A stretch of DNA of 64,000 bases. Source: Eledone cirrhosa (lineage: Eukaryota). Below are positions 24,352 through 37,721 of the stretch, piece after piece (the first letter of the stretch is position 1; each line of letters starts with the position of its first letter). The DNA lies in NCBI GenBank assembly GCA_964016885.1, contig OZ024740.1:435364001-435428000 (forward strand), in the 5' to 3' direction. The translations under genes were made by a program, and so were the position numbers. A model generated the notes under the pieces. The model saw nothing but the letters and a program-made list of their open reading frames with translations, did not search any database and was not told where the DNA came from.

Positions 24352-24775
24352 CTCCAGCCGCAACCTGGTGCAGTCTGCGACTAACCCAGGTTCTGCTGCA
24401 CGTCGGGGGGCTGAGGAGGCCAAACTCTTCAAATACTGGTCGCTCTCCAACAGGTTTGCAGTTGTAACCTTGGCAATGGAGACTTCTGGTGTCCTTGGCC
24501 CTAGGGCTACCTCCCTACTCACCACTATAGACGCTGAGCTGGCCAGCCGCAGGTGTGAGCCCCGCGAGCTGGAATGGCTTTTCCAGCGCGTCTCTCTTGC
24601 CGTCCTCTGGGGAAACGCCTTCTCCATTCTGTCCGCAGGGGCTGTGGGGAGGCCATCAATGTGATTGACTGACTTGACATAGAGTAGAAACAGAAGACAT
24701 TGGTTAATTGTATTTATTATGTGTTTATATTTTCATTCTGAAAGAATTGTAAACAATTTGTAATGTTATTTAGTT
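24352..24775 (+). mobile_element. 3' end of a CRE-clade non-LTR retrotransposon (restriction-like endonuclease C-terminus)
   Basis: AEEAKLFKY..L...F...AMETSGVLG...LFQRVSLAVLWGNA motif in ORF 24344-24664. Confidence 0.8.
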
Positions 24776-24819
24776 ACAGTCGACAACATGAGGTGCTAGA
24801 GTTTATCTGTAATAATTGT

Positions 24820-25560
24820 TGAAGCAAGCCTACATACTCGTAGCATTGCTGTGGCTGATAGCTGAGCTGAACACAAAAATAATAATAGTTTGCCAAAAAT
24901 TTCTGTTATTTTAGAATTGTATTCTACGGATTCTGAGATGTGATGACCTCACCTTCACCGCAGACATCCAGGATGGGGGAAGGAACAAAACAGTTGCTAA
25001 GTGAGGAATCCCAAATGAGATGTCTACCCCTTACTCAGAAGCAAAGAGTAAGACCATCTAACCTCTTGCCATCAACTCTGGACAATCCAGCTGGTTCTAG
25101 GATGGAAGGAATATTAACTTGAGTTGCTTGATAATTAGGTTTAGCTCAATATGATGAACAAAGTGACCTGATCTTGAAAACCCGTGAGTCAAGGGGCCTG
25201 CCACAGAGACATTTAAATTCCCTCCAAAGACATTTGCTCTGATTCTGAAAGCAATGTAGATGCGGTGTCATTTAGACTGGGTGGGTCACAGACTTTTGTC
25301 AACAGAGTCCCCAAGAATTTGACACAAAGTACCTTGAATATTGATTAGATTGATCAGAGTAAGTAGAAAATGTCTTTCAAATGAAAGTTGTCCCATCCTG
25401 CTCTACATCGGGAATTGACAAACCCAGCTCCCTCCACTGTAGTAGGGCTTCATCCAACTCCCGATTGTGACACCAAAAATAATGGAAAAAACAAATTACT
25501 TCAGGTCTATCTGAGCATTCCTGAATTCCTCTCTTCACAATCCAGTCTCCTTGCAAAACT
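24820..25560 (-). mobile_element. Older CRE-clade relic
   Basis: Minus-strand pieces KCLCGRPLDSR (zinc finger) and IPSILEPAGLSRVDGKRLDGLTL...LIWD (PD-D/ExK endonuclease), with stops and frameshifts. Confidence 0.7.
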
Positions 25561-26017
25561 ACAGGTTTCACGAATCAATGAAGGGAGTCTTTATGTAATC
25601 ATCTCCTTGCTAGAAATAGCAGCCAACCCTCCCCTCTCTCTCTCAAACTATACCACACAGTTTTAGGAAATATATTGTAGTCCAGAGTACCTTGGGAAAA
25701 GATGGGATGATCATGGCCAGAATGCCTTTGGTTACAGGTCTGCTCACTCAGCACTGGTTTAGAGCTAAAACAAAATCCCTCATTCACAATTTTGCTGCAA
25801 GTCTTAGTTACCTTTACACAGAAAAAAAGATACCTCACCTTATTTATGAAAAGAAGACTGCTGTGTTGTTTAACCTTGATCAAACAAATATTTCAGCTAT
25901 GACCATTCTGGTCATTTTTCTGGATTAGTGTACTTAAGACTAACCACAAAATGTGTCTTTTGATTTTTAAGTCAGTAGAGTGTAAGTTGAGAATTTGGTT
26001 GCTACAAGTGTGTGTAT

Positions 26018-26071
<54 letters not shown>

Positions 26072-26443
26072 TCTATTTTGTCTTTCATCCTTTTGAGGTC
26101 AATAAAAAAGGTACCAGTCAAGTACTGGGGTTGATTCTTCCTCTCCATGTCTCTCTCACTTTCTCTCCTTCTCTATAAGAAATTTGCTGTATTTAGACCT
26201 AGAGAGAGATGGGCTCCAATAGAGTTTAAAATGCCCTAGAAACAGTGTATACCACTATGGTACCTCTACAACTCCATCAGGACCATACCATATATATATA
26301 AGTAAAGTATGTGTTAGTTTATTACCAACACTTTTGTATGTACTCTACGAAGTACACAAGTGAGTCTGTTTATTCCGGAGTATATATATATAATCATGAA
26401 GTACAAGTCAACAGGTTAGAATTTACTTCATTTATTCATAATC

Positions 26444-26504
26444 GTTGTTATATATATATTTCAATGATAACTGTTATGCAACAGTTATGACTTCATCAGA
26501 CAGC
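26444..26504 (-). ncRNA. Penelope-type minimal hammerhead ribozyme
   Basis: Minus strand: GCTGT-CTGATGA-AGTC-ATAACTGTT-gcat-AACAGTTAT-CATT-GAAA-TATATATA-TA-ACAAC. Core intact, stem III self-complementary, one mismatch in stem I. Confidence 0.6.
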
Positions 26505-27067
26505 TAGAAGTTGAACAGAAAAAACAGAAAAACAAAGAAGAAATAAAGCTTACTGCTGTTGTTTTGATTCATTGATATGTCCCGGGCTGATATTTGGTGT
26601 TGCTCTCTCAAAGCACCTATGACATATGTCATTGGTGCTTTGAGAAAGCAACACCAAATATATATAACGGCGATTATGAATAAATTAAGTGAATTTTAAC
26701 CTGTTGACTTGTATTTCAGGATTATATATTTATATATGTGAAGGTTTATGTCAAACATATAATGGATATGACTATTCATCTTGAAGTAGAAGCCTTAGCT
26801 TTGAAAAGAATGAATAATGAAGTGTAAACACTTTCAACTATTTCTGTTACAGAAAAACACAGTATTATTCTTATGTCTGCATTTCAGACATTGTGTTTTT
26901 GTCAGTGAATAACTACCTCTGTGATTCTGTGTTCTACCATAAACATTTGGCATTACATCATCTCATAACTAAACATAAATAAAAAATCTTTAGAAAAAAA
27001 AAAACTCAGCAAAGGCACATAACCTAGTGGTAATGGAGTTGGGTTTATGGTCATAAAGGGGAGGGTT

Positions 27068-27340
27068 TGTGTCCAGGAGTGGTTGGGGTGACATGTCCAG
27101 GAGTGGTTGGGGTGACATGTCCAGGAGTGATTGGAGTGTCATGTCCAGGAATGGTTGGGGTGTTGTGTCCAGGAGTGGTTGGGGAGACATGTCCAGGAGT
27201 GGTTGGAGTGTCATGTCCAGGAGTGGTTGGAGTGTCATGTCCAGGAATAGTTGGAGTGTTGTGTCCAGGAATGGTTGAAGTGTTGTGTCTAGGAGTGATT
27301 GGGGTGTCATGTCCCGGAGCAGTTGGGATGACATGTCCAG
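27068..27340. repeat. 24-bp minisatellite
   Basis: TGTCCAGGAGTGGTTGGGGTGACA, about 11 copies. Confidence 0.9.
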
Positions 27341-27660
27341 AAACCAAACACTTCAGATGATGTCTCAGCCAACACAGCAGAAAACAAGTACTGGCATTAG
27401 CTAGGAGATTAATTAAACCTTACTAATGTCACACTTGCTAATTGTCTCATAACACAGAAATTATAAGTTACAGACCTACCATAACTCCTGTGTCTCACCT
27501 CCTCCACCCCTCCTAATGTGTATCAACTGCCCCCCCCCCCCCCCAATTATTTCCCCAATTCTTCCTCTCCAGAAAGCCAAACACCCCTCATCCCCCAGTT
27601 TTATTTTCTGTAGCTGTTAATTTACAGATGTACAACCTGAACATAAACTTTGCCTCTATC

Positions 27661-27754
27661 ATCACACCTGTCTCACACCACACCTGTCTCACATCACACC
27701 TGTCTCACATCACACCTGTCTCACATCACACCTGTCTCACATCACACCTGTCTC
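27661..27754. repeat. 16-bp tandem repeat
   Basis: ATCACACCTGTCTCAC, about 6 copies. Confidence 0.9.
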
Positions 27755-27843
27755 AAAGTCTTGTGAAAGGTATTGGTATTAGCCCTTATCTCCAGATTGT
27801 CTCAAGTCTGGAGACTCATCAGGCCATGGCTTATCTTGATATC

Positions 27844-28785
27844 TGTGGCATGACTGAGAGTACAAGACTCCCTCCCCTGGACAGGATGTGGCATGACTGA
27901 GAGTACAAGACTCCCTCCCCTGGACAGGATGTGGCCTGACTGAGGGTACAAGACCCCCTCCCCTGGACAGGATGTGGCTTGACTGAGGGTACAAGACTCC
28001 CTCCCCTGGACAGGATGTGGCTTGACTGAGGGTACAAGACCCCCTCCCCTGGACAGGATGTGGCTTGACTGAGGGTACAAGACTCCCTCCCCTGGACAGG
28101 ATGTGGCTTGACTGAGAGTACAAGACCCCCTCCCCTGGACAGGATGTGGCTTGACTGAGGGTACAAGACTCCCTCCCCTGGACAGGATGTGGCTTGACTG
28201 AGGGTACAAGACCCCCTCCCCTGGACAGGATGTGGCTTGACTGAGGGTACAAGACTCCCTCCCCTGGACAGGATGTGGCTTGACTGAGGGTACAAGACTC
28301 CCTCCCCTGGACAGGATGTGGCCTGGCTGAGGGTACAAGACCCCCTCCCCTGGACAGGATGTGGCTTGACTGAGGGTACAAGACTCCCTCCCCTGGACAG
28401 GATGTGGCTTGACTGAGGGTACAAGACCCCCTCCCCTGGACAGGATGTGGCATGACTGAGGGTACAAGACCCCCTCCCTGGACAGGATGTGGCATGACTG
28501 AGGGTACAAGACCCCCTCCCCTGGACAGGATGTGGCATGACTGAGGGTACAAGACCCCCTCCCCTGGACAGGATGTGGCCTGACTGAGAGTACAAGACCC
28601 CCTCCCCTGGACAGGATGTGGCCTGACTGAGGGTACAAGACCCCCTCCCCTGGACAGGATGTGGCATGACTGAGTACAAAACCCCCTCCCCTGGACAGGA
28701 TGTGGCATGACTGAGTACAAGACCCCCTCCCCTGGACAGGATGTGGCATGACTGAGTACAAAACCCCCTCCTCTGGACAGGATGC
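27844..28785. repeat. 43-bp minisatellite (about 22 copies) expanded inside a SINE
   Basis: TGTGGCTTGACTGAGGGTACAAGACYCCCTCCCCTGGACAGGA. Flanks resemble the single-copy SINE body at about 39095-39200. Confidence 0.92.
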
Positions 28786-28865
28786 CACTCGGTTAAAGTT
28801 TGTCTCAAGCTGGTGTTTATCCCAGTGTGACAGTACAGATTCCTCTCTGCTGTACAGAACACTAG

Positions 28866-29030
28866 TCCAGCCCACACTGTAAGGTGGTTGGCATTAGGAA
28901 GGGCATCCAGCTGTAGAAACCAAGCTAGAAACAATTCTGTATGAGCAAGTCATGGTCACCTGCTACAAATGGGACAACTTGTCTTACCTATGCTAGCGTG
29001 GAAAAATGGATGTTAAACGGTGATGATGAT
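28866..29030 (+). mobile_element. RTE-type 3' tail fragment
   Basis: CCCACACTGTAA...TAGGAAGGGCATCCAGCTGTAGAAA...GATGATGAT. Confidence 0.75.
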
Positions 29031-29629
29031 ATATGACTCACATATGTTTGGCAACATAATTTAACAAATAATAAATATTTATGCTAAGCAGTGAACTGGC
29101 AGTCATTAAAATGTTAGATAGAATGCTTTGTGGTGACTAAAAAAGGTACCAGTCAAGTACTGGGGTTGATTCTTATTCTCTATCCTCCCCAGGAAGAAAT
29201 CTGCTATATTCAGACCTAGAGAGGAGATGGGGCCTGCCAGGTTTAAAAAATGCTGTTATAATGTTGTATATCACTAAGGCACCCCTACACCCCACCAGGA
29301 GTTATAGGTGAGGGGATATTGATACATACTTCTTGTTTCAATAGTATGTTTCACATTTGATAATAAGCACAGAAGAATTGCAGTTGAAACATTCCAGTAT
29401 CTTCACCAACCCTGAACCAGGACTTATTGAAACTTGGCATTGAATGTGCTTAAACATGCATAGAATAATCAGCTTCTAGAATAATGGGAGAACTTATTGC
29501 TTCTACCAATTTTCCATTCCATAATATTAGCATTACTCAATAACTATTTTGGCTTCTTCATGTTTTTACTGTCTATTTTTGATGATATGCCAAAAGAAGG
29601 TATGAGTTGAATAATATGAAACTACATAG

Positions 29630-32600
29630 AATAGATCAGCCATGTTGAGAGACATGAAATAGACGGGCTATATTGAGGTGACATAGACCAGCTATATTGA
29701 GAGAGGTGAAATAGACCAGCTATATTGAGGGGAAACAGACCAGCTATATTGAGAGAGGGGAAATAGACCAGCTATATTGAGGGGAAATAGACCAGCTATA
29801 TTGAGGGGAAACAGACCAGCTATATTGAGAGAGGGGAAATAGACCAGCTATATTGAGGTGACATAGACCAGCTATATTGAGGGGAAATAGACCAGCTATA
29901 TTGAGGGGAAACAGACCAGCTATATTGAGAGAGGGGAAATAGACCAGCTATATTGAGGTGACATAGACCAGCTATATTGAGAGAGGTGAAATAGACCAGC
30001 TATATTGAGGGGAAACAGACCAGCTATATTGAGAGAGGGGAAATAGACCAGCTATATTGAGGGGAAATAGACCAGCTATATTGAGGGGAAACAGACCAGC
30101 TATATTGAGAGAGGGGAAATAGACCAGCTATATTGAGGGGAAATAGACCAGCTATATTGAGGTGACATAGACCAGCTATATTGAGGGGAAATAGACCAGC
30201 TATATTGAGAGAGGTGAAATAGACCAGCTATATTGAGGTGACATAGACCAGCTATATTGAGGTGACATAGACCAGCTATATTGAGAGAGGGGAAATAGAC
30301 CAGCTATATTGAGGGGAAATAGACCAGCTATATTGAGGGGAAATAGACCAGCTATATTGAGGGGAAATAGACCAGCTATATTGAGAGAGGTGAAATAGAC
30401 CAGCTATATTGAGGGGAAATAGACCAGCTTTATTGAGGGGAAATAGACCAGCTATATTGAGAGAGGTGAAATAGACCAGCTATATTGAGGGGAAATAGAC
30501 CAGCTATATTGAGGTGACATAGACCAGCTATATTGAGGTGACATAGACCAGCTATATTGAGAGAGGTGAAATAGACCAGCTATATTGAGGGGAAATAGAC
30601 CAGCTATATTGAGGGGAAACAGACCAGCTATATTGAGAGAGGGGAAATAGACCAGCTATATTGAGGGGAAATAGACCAGCTATATTGAGGGGAAATAGAC
30701 CAGCTATATTGAGGTGAAATAGACCAGCTATATTGAGGGGAAATAGACCAGCTATATTGAGGGGAAATAGACCAGCTATATTGAGGGGAAATAGACCAGC
30801 TATATTGAGAGAGGTGAAATAGACCAGCTATATTGAGGTGACATAGACCAGCTATATTGAGGTGACATAGACCAGCTATATTGAGAGAGGGGAAATAGAC
30901 CAGCTATATTGAGGTGACATAGACCAGCTATATTGAGAGAGGTGAAATAGACCAGCTATATTGAGGGGAAATAGACCAGCTATATTGAGGGGAAACAGAC
31001 CAGCTATATTGAGAGAGGGGAAATAGACCAGCTATATTGAGGGGAAATAGACCAGCTATATTGAGGGGAAATAGACCAGCTATATTGAGGGGAAATAGAC
31101 CAGCTATATTGAGGGGAAATAGACCAGCTATATTGAGGTGAAATAGACCAGCTATATTGAGAGAGGGGAAATAGACCAGCTATATTGAGAGAGGTGAAAT
31201 AGACCAGCTATATTGAGGGGAAATAGACCAGCTATATTGAGGGGAAATAGACCAGCTATATTGAGGGGAAATAGACCAGCTATATTGAGGGGAAATAGAC
31301 CAGCTATATTGAGGGGAAATAGACCAGCTATATTGAGGGGAAATAGACCAGCTATAGTGAGGGGAAATAGACCAGCTATATTGAGAGAGGTGAAATAGAC
31401 CAGCTATATTGAGAGAGGTGAAATAGACCAGCTATATTGAGGGGAAATAGACCAGCTATATTGAGGGGAAATAGACCAGCTATATTGAGGGGAAATAGAC
31501 CAGCTATATTGAGGGGAAATAGACCAGCTATATTGAGAGAGGGGAAATAGACCAGCTATATTGAGGGGAAATAGACCAGCTATATTGAGGGGAAATAGAC
31601 CAGTTATATTGAGGGGAAATAGACCAGCTATATTGAGGTGACATAGACCAGCTATATTGAGAGAGGTGAAATAGACCAGCTATATTGAGGGGAAATAGAC
31701 CAGCTATATTGAGGGGAAACAGACCAGCTATATTGAGAGAGGGGAAATAGACCAGCTATATTGAGGGGAAATAGACCAGCTATATTGAGGGGAAATAGAC
31801 CAGCTATATTGAGGGGAAATAGACCAGCTATATTGAGGGGAAATAGACCAGCTATATTGAGGTGAAATAGACCAGCTATATTGAGAGAGGGGAAATAGAC
31901 CAGCTATATTGAGAGAGGTGAAATAGACCAGCTATATTGAGGGGAAATAGACCAGCTATATTGAGGGGAAATAGACCAGCTATATTGAGGGGAAATAGAC
32001 CAGCTATATTGAGGGGAAATAGACCAGCTATATTGAGGGGAAATAGACCAGCTATATTGAGGGGAAATAGACCAGCTATATTGAGGGGAAATAGACCAGC
32101 TATATTGAGAGAGGTGAAATAGACCAGCTATATTGAGAGAGGTGAAATAGACCAGCTATATTGAGGGGAAATAGACCAGCTATATTGAGGGGAAATAGAC
32201 CAGCTATATTGAGGGGAAATAGACCAGCTATATTGAGGGGAAATAGACCAGCTATATTGAGGGGAAATAGACCAGCTATATTGAGAGAGGTGAAATAGAC
32301 CAGCTATATTGAGAGAGGTGAAATAGACCAGCTATATTGAGGGGAAATAGACCGGCTATATTGAGAGAGGTGAAATAGACCAGCTATATTGAGAGAGGTG
32401 AAATAGACCAGCTATATTGAGGGGAAATAGACCAGCTATATTGAGAGAGGGGAAATAGACCACCTATATTGAGAGAGGTGAAATAGACCAGCTATATTGA
32501 GGGGAAATAGACCAGCTATATTGAGGGGAAATAGACCAGCTATATTGAGGGGAAATAGACCAGCTATATTGAGGGGAAATAGACCAGCTTTATTGAGGGG

Positions 32601-32921
32601 AAATAGACCAGCTATATTGAGAGAGGTGAAATAGACCAGCTATATTGAGGGGAAATAGACCAGCTATATTGAGGGGAAATAGACCAGCTATATTGAGGGG
32701 AAATAGACCAGCTATATTGAGGGGAAATAGACCAGCTATATTGAGGGGAAATAGACCAGCTATATTGAGAGAGGGGAAATAGACCAGCTATATTGAGGGG
32801 AAATAGACCAGCTATATTGAGGGGAAATAGACCAGTTATATTGAGGGGAAATAGACCAGCTATATTGAGGTGACATAGACCAGCTTTATTGAGAGAGGTG
32901 ACATAGACCAGCTATATTGAG
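29630..32921. repeat. 3.3-kb satellite of 24/28-bp units with higher-order duplication
   Basis: (GAGA)GGKGAMAYAGACCAGCTATATTGA units. Variant pattern repeats at a 724-bp offset. Confidence 0.97.
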
Positions 32922-33124
32922 AAGTGAAATGGAAGTAAAATTATTGGATAAATCAGTTTTTATAATATTTTTCAACATTTTTCATTCTCCTGTGTTCTAT
33001 TTATCAATTTTACTTGTATTCTATTGATAGCATTAAAAATAACTTAAATTATTTCTGTTGTTAGAAGTTTCTGTTCCCTCTCATTCTCTTTCACTCTCCC
33101 TCTCTATGTGTGTGTTTCTATATT

Positions 33125-33497
33125 TCCAACAACCCTGAGCACCTTTTTGAATTCCATATGTCTAACACTCATTGACATGATTACAAAGTCAGAAAACAGC
33201 ACAGCTCCCATGACTTTCAGGAACATGTTTTCACGCTCAGAGCTGGTGAAGTATGAAACAAACTCCCTGCATCAGTTATTAGCTGCCGGGGGACACTGCA
33301 TCTTTTAAAACCTCCATGTTCCTGAAAGTTGCCAACTCTATACCTGATATTCCCCCTCCATACACATGTGTCTGTGTCTATATCATCACTCATACACTTT
33401 CTTGACATTTGTACATTATTCTATGTACTATACATGTACCTTTGATGAGTTGTAGTGCACCTGAGCACTGTACACAATCATTTTCATTATTATTATT
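33125..33497 (+). mobile_element. CR1/L2-like LINE 3' end
   Basis: Degenerate YKVRKQHSSHDFR...N.LPASV coding end, then GCACCTGAGCACTGTACACAA and an (ATT)n tail. Copies at 52335 and 57310. Confidence 0.7.
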
Positions 33498-33505
33498 GTG
33501 TCATC

Positions 33506-33725
33506 GGTCGATTGGCAGTATCGGTAGAGCATCAGACGCCATGCTTTGCAGCATAGAGTTATGACCTTTTACGTTCTGAGTTCAAATCCCGCCGAGGTTA
33601 GCTTTACCTTTCATCCTTATGGAGTCAATAAAATAAAGTACCAGTAATACACTGGGGTTGATTTAATCCCCCCCCCCCCCTCCCATGTCTAACCTTGTGC
33701 TAAAGTGGAAACCTTTATTATTATT
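33506..33725 (+). mobile_element. SINE family A
   Basis: Full head, B box and conserved body. Confidence 0.85.
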
Positions 33726-33780
33726 AATATGGGTGGTTTGCACAGTAATGATAGTTGTTGGGTCTCAACAAGGGCCTTAA

Positions 33781-34002
33781 CCCTTTAGCACTTGCATTAC
33801 TCTATATACACTATCATCATAATTTTGTGGTAAACGCTTTACCTCACATAATTATCTCACATAATATTGAATCTGAGATTTTGATATTATTTATTTTGAG
33901 AACAATACCATAACATCAGTATGATTGGCTGGTTACAACCAGTTTACACAGAAAGAGGTGAAAGAATTCTCACCAGATACGACCGGTATAAATGCTAAAG
34001 GG
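33781..34002. mobile_element. piggyBac-type MITE
   Basis: TIRs CCCTTTAGCA / TGCTAAAGGG with TTAA on both sides (33777-33780, 34003-34006). Confidence 0.85.
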
Positions 34003-34537
34003 TTAAACATACTGCACTCTCCTGATATGTTCAGTACCCAACAGAGCAGTCTTTTGTAGGAGAGCAATTTGTGATTCAAGGTCTATTTACTTAAGACACC
34101 CTCTCAGGTATCAAACCCAAAGCTCTGATCACAACTTGTACTATCTTGATGTTGTTAGCTGATATTGACTCTTTGTGCAATTTCGATTTTCAAATCAATA
34201 TATTTTATTACTTTTTCAATTTCTTTCAAGGCCATATTATGGTCTCCTGGGTTAATAACGTCAATAATCTGGTTTTCATGTATATTCCTGCGTATAACTA
34301 CAATGTCAGGTCTGCTGTGTTGATCTGTGGTTTGTTTGAATAGTGAAGCCCCAGAGTATCTTGGCTTTGTCTCCAGGACTTACAAATATATACAACATGC
34401 AAAAAATAACACTATTATGCACCGCACACATATTATGTAAAGTACTCTTAATACAATAGAAACAACACCACCAAAAACCTCACATACCCAAGACACAGAG
34501 CTGTGCTCAGTAATTCAGAGACGATGTGTAATAAAAA

Positions 34538-34877
34538 TAATAATAATAATAATAATGCTTTCTTTATTAACCACATGGGTTTACACAAAGTAGACATTAA
34601 GGACAGTACAGGACAATACAGGACGGTACAAATGGGCATTTCTGAATGTAAAAAAAAAAAAAAAACAGGATGTAACAAAAAAAGAACAATTAAAAATTCC
34701 CCAATAGCAGGGAGACTTCTGAGGGCCATCGTGGAGAAAGCCCGTTAAAAAAGCCACGGTGACCCTGACCACCAGGGCAAGTGCCCTCTCCCAGTTTTCC
34801 ACCTTCGATTTACAGGCACATACTGAGAGTAGGCCCATTCACTGGGGCCATTCTTGCCTCTCTCACCCATCTTTCAA
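34538..34877 (-). mobile_element. 3' end of a non-LTR element, possibly L1/Tx1-like
   Basis: Minus strand ERWVREARMAPVNGPTLSMCL*, then UTR with AATAAA and an (ATT)n tail. Clade call is from recollection only. Confidence 0.45.
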
Positions 34878-37304
34878 ATGATGATTGTATTTATTGGCCA
34901 CAAGTGGTGACATCTAGGGTATAATAATAATATTCTAAGTAAGACTGAATGGTTGCGAGGTGAATGTGCTGGATAGCTGACCACTACAACTTATATGTCA
35001 TTAGCTATGACACACACTTAATTTGCCTCAGTCTGCCTGACTAGCAAACAAAAGAAACTACATCCTGAGCCCTAGAGTGTTCTTAACCCTTTCAGAACCA
35101 TATTTCTAATGAAACACACTGACTCTGTGTATTTTCATTTTATTAAAGTTGTCAAGATTTCAGAGAAATTTGATAAAAAACCCTCCATTTTAAAGCTCGG
35201 GTTTGTAATGGGGAGAGTAAGAGGGACGGAGGCAGTGAGTGAAAGAGAGATAACATCAACACACATGTATAGCGATTATTTGGATGGTTGAGTTGGTAGT
35301 TGATTGTGTTGTGGTTTTTGTTGCATGTACACTCACTTGTAGCTTTCTGTGTTGTGTGGTCACTGTTGTGTGATACAGTGTGACCAGAGTTGCATGTGTA
35401 CAGGTAAGTGTTCAATAAAATGTTGATGATATGATAGTTCCTTGATCACGCAGAAAACAAATTTATATAAATGAACCACGATGACACCAAACTGCTATAT
35501 TATTAATTTATTGAAAATAGCTCACGCCGGAGCTATGCGAAAAATACACAAGACTTATGTAGGTTATTTGTTTGTTTGTAAAAGTAGAATTAAATTGTAT
35601 TTACCAAGACAATTTCATGAACTTCACTGTCTTGGTTGAGAGAGAGACTAAGAGAAGAGATTGTGTGAATAAGAGAGAGAGTAAGAGTCTGTAAGACCCC
35701 AAGAGGTCTGTAGAAAGCAATAATTCACATGTTTACTCTATCAAGATCCGCTTCGAACTGCTACTGGCTGGTCCAAGGCAGGCTATTTATCTCTGTCGCT
35801 TCCTCTGTCTCAAGACTTGAGAACAAAGGGCTGACCTTTAGAGGTTGTCCACTCTCAGACTTGTTGACACCGAAAGGAGATAACCCAGGGGTCAAGGTGT
35901 GGACAGATTTCGCTACAGACTTGATAAAACAAAGTCGAGAAGAGTGAAAATTCTATTCATTGTTGTCATTAGTTCACTTAACCAATGCTTTTTTTAAACA
36001 AAAAATTCTGATAGAAGGGTAAAAGACCCACTTCGATCATGAATAATCATGTGATTTGAACCTAGAAAGTTCCCCTCCAATGCACAAGCCTGGGTAAGGT
36101 CATTTGTGGAAGAGCAGCAGTCTCCCCTCTCCACACCACTGATGTTGTCCAAGGGCAACATTTAAATATAGACATTTTAAAACAGACAGCTTTATATCAT
36201 AGAGCCTGGGTCAAACTCGGGTTAATATCAAAAGTAGTATGACCTGTGGGAAAATCCCATATTCTATAAATGTTCTTATTTCTTATATAATGTATATACC
36301 TATATCTATATAGTATAATTTATTTTATAAGCGGTTAAGATAATGTAGAGTACACAATCAGTGTGGCTTAGTGGATAAAGTACTGGAGTATATAATCATA
36401 GGTCATGAGTTCAAGTACACTATAAGTATTCTTCTGTGTTTATTGGGTAGAAGACTTTATTCTATATGACTTCATGTCAATGATGGAAATAGATAACAGA
36501 TAGCAGATGTGGTAATATATGCTGTTAGAGTTATGGTTGGAAGTTGCCTAAATTCCAGATTGAAGATTCATGTTTAGAACAGTTTCATATCAAATAGTTA
36601 AGCTGGTGTTTAGAACATAACTTAACAATAAATATAAACACTTTTATATAGTTTGGCATCATAGAACCAGTGGCGGTTACATGAAGTTTCATATCAGAAG
36701 GGTTAGTCCTATTAATTATAGTTCCTGACTAATTATCTTGGATTAAGACCAGTATTTAATCGAGGGACAAATCTATTTCTCATCTGTTTAAAGTCATGAG
36801 CCCACAGCTAACCCTTGAAGCCCTTTAAAACATATCAGGGCTTAAGAAGAAGTTACATTAAAAGATTTGATTGGTTGGTTTTCCTTAGGGATCTAGCTGG
36901 ATCAATTGGAGTCAGTTACCTCTTACAGAACCTGCTGGAAGGCATGCTTAAGCACTCAGCCCCCACGACCCTCCCAAGAATAAGTGGGCAAAGAAGATGC
37001 TGTACATTAGAGGTTACCTTCAAGTTTGCTGGGACCACAACTCAGTTGCAAGCATTTTATATCATTTCATAGTTCCAAACTCATAGTGATAGGAATTCTA
37101 CAAAATCATGACTCATCTCCATGATTTTAATCCAAAGCTTTGTACGTATGTATGAAAAGACTTTGACAGGATTAGTGGTTTACTAGACTAAATGCTTTGC
37201 AGTATTTCCAATCCAATCCAGGGCCTTCTTTCTCCTGTTGGAAGAACATCTTCTTGTTTAACCTCCAATCCAGGGCCTTCTCTCTCCTGTTGGAGGAACC
37301 CCTC

Positions 37305-37721
37305 CCTGGTTAACCTCCAATCCAGGTTGACCTCCACTGCTTTCTGTTTGGTTTTGGTCATGTCAGGGGTGTAGCTTTATTCACTACACCTGGCCAATTA
37401 CAGGTTGGTGAGGCTATTTAATCCATAGTTAGGGTGGATGGCTGTTGACTCTGAGGACTTCATCTACCCTTTTAACAGCTCTTTTGCGCTGCTGGAGTTT
37501 CAGGGTCTGGTGAGGAAGGTAAGTGGAACCCCAGCAGCACAAAAGAGCTGTTAAAAGGGTAGATGAAGTCCTCAGAGTCAACAGCCATCCACCCTAACTA
37601 TGGATTAAATAGCCTCACCAACCTGTAATTGGCCAGGTGTAGTGAATAGAGCTACACCCCTGACATGACCAAAACCAAACAGAAAGCAGTGGAGGTCAAC
37701 CTGGATTGGAGGTTAACCAGG
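37305..37721. repeat. Long inverted repeat, arms about 195 bp, spacer about 25 bp
   Basis: 37305-37501 is the reverse complement of about 37525-37721 with few mismatches. Confidence 0.95.

Noticed and set aside
27779-28934. Three overlapping 313-367-aa minus-strand ORFs
   Set aside because: Translations of a 43-bp tandem repeat cycling through frames.
29630-32921. CRISPR-like look: constant repeat with variable linkers
   Set aside because: Linkers are 8-12 nt drawn from a few recurring variants rather than unique spacers. There are no cas genes and the context is eukaryotic.
35216-35980. Possible solo LTR(s)
   Set aside because: No paired TG...CA ends with a TSD and no second copy in the window.
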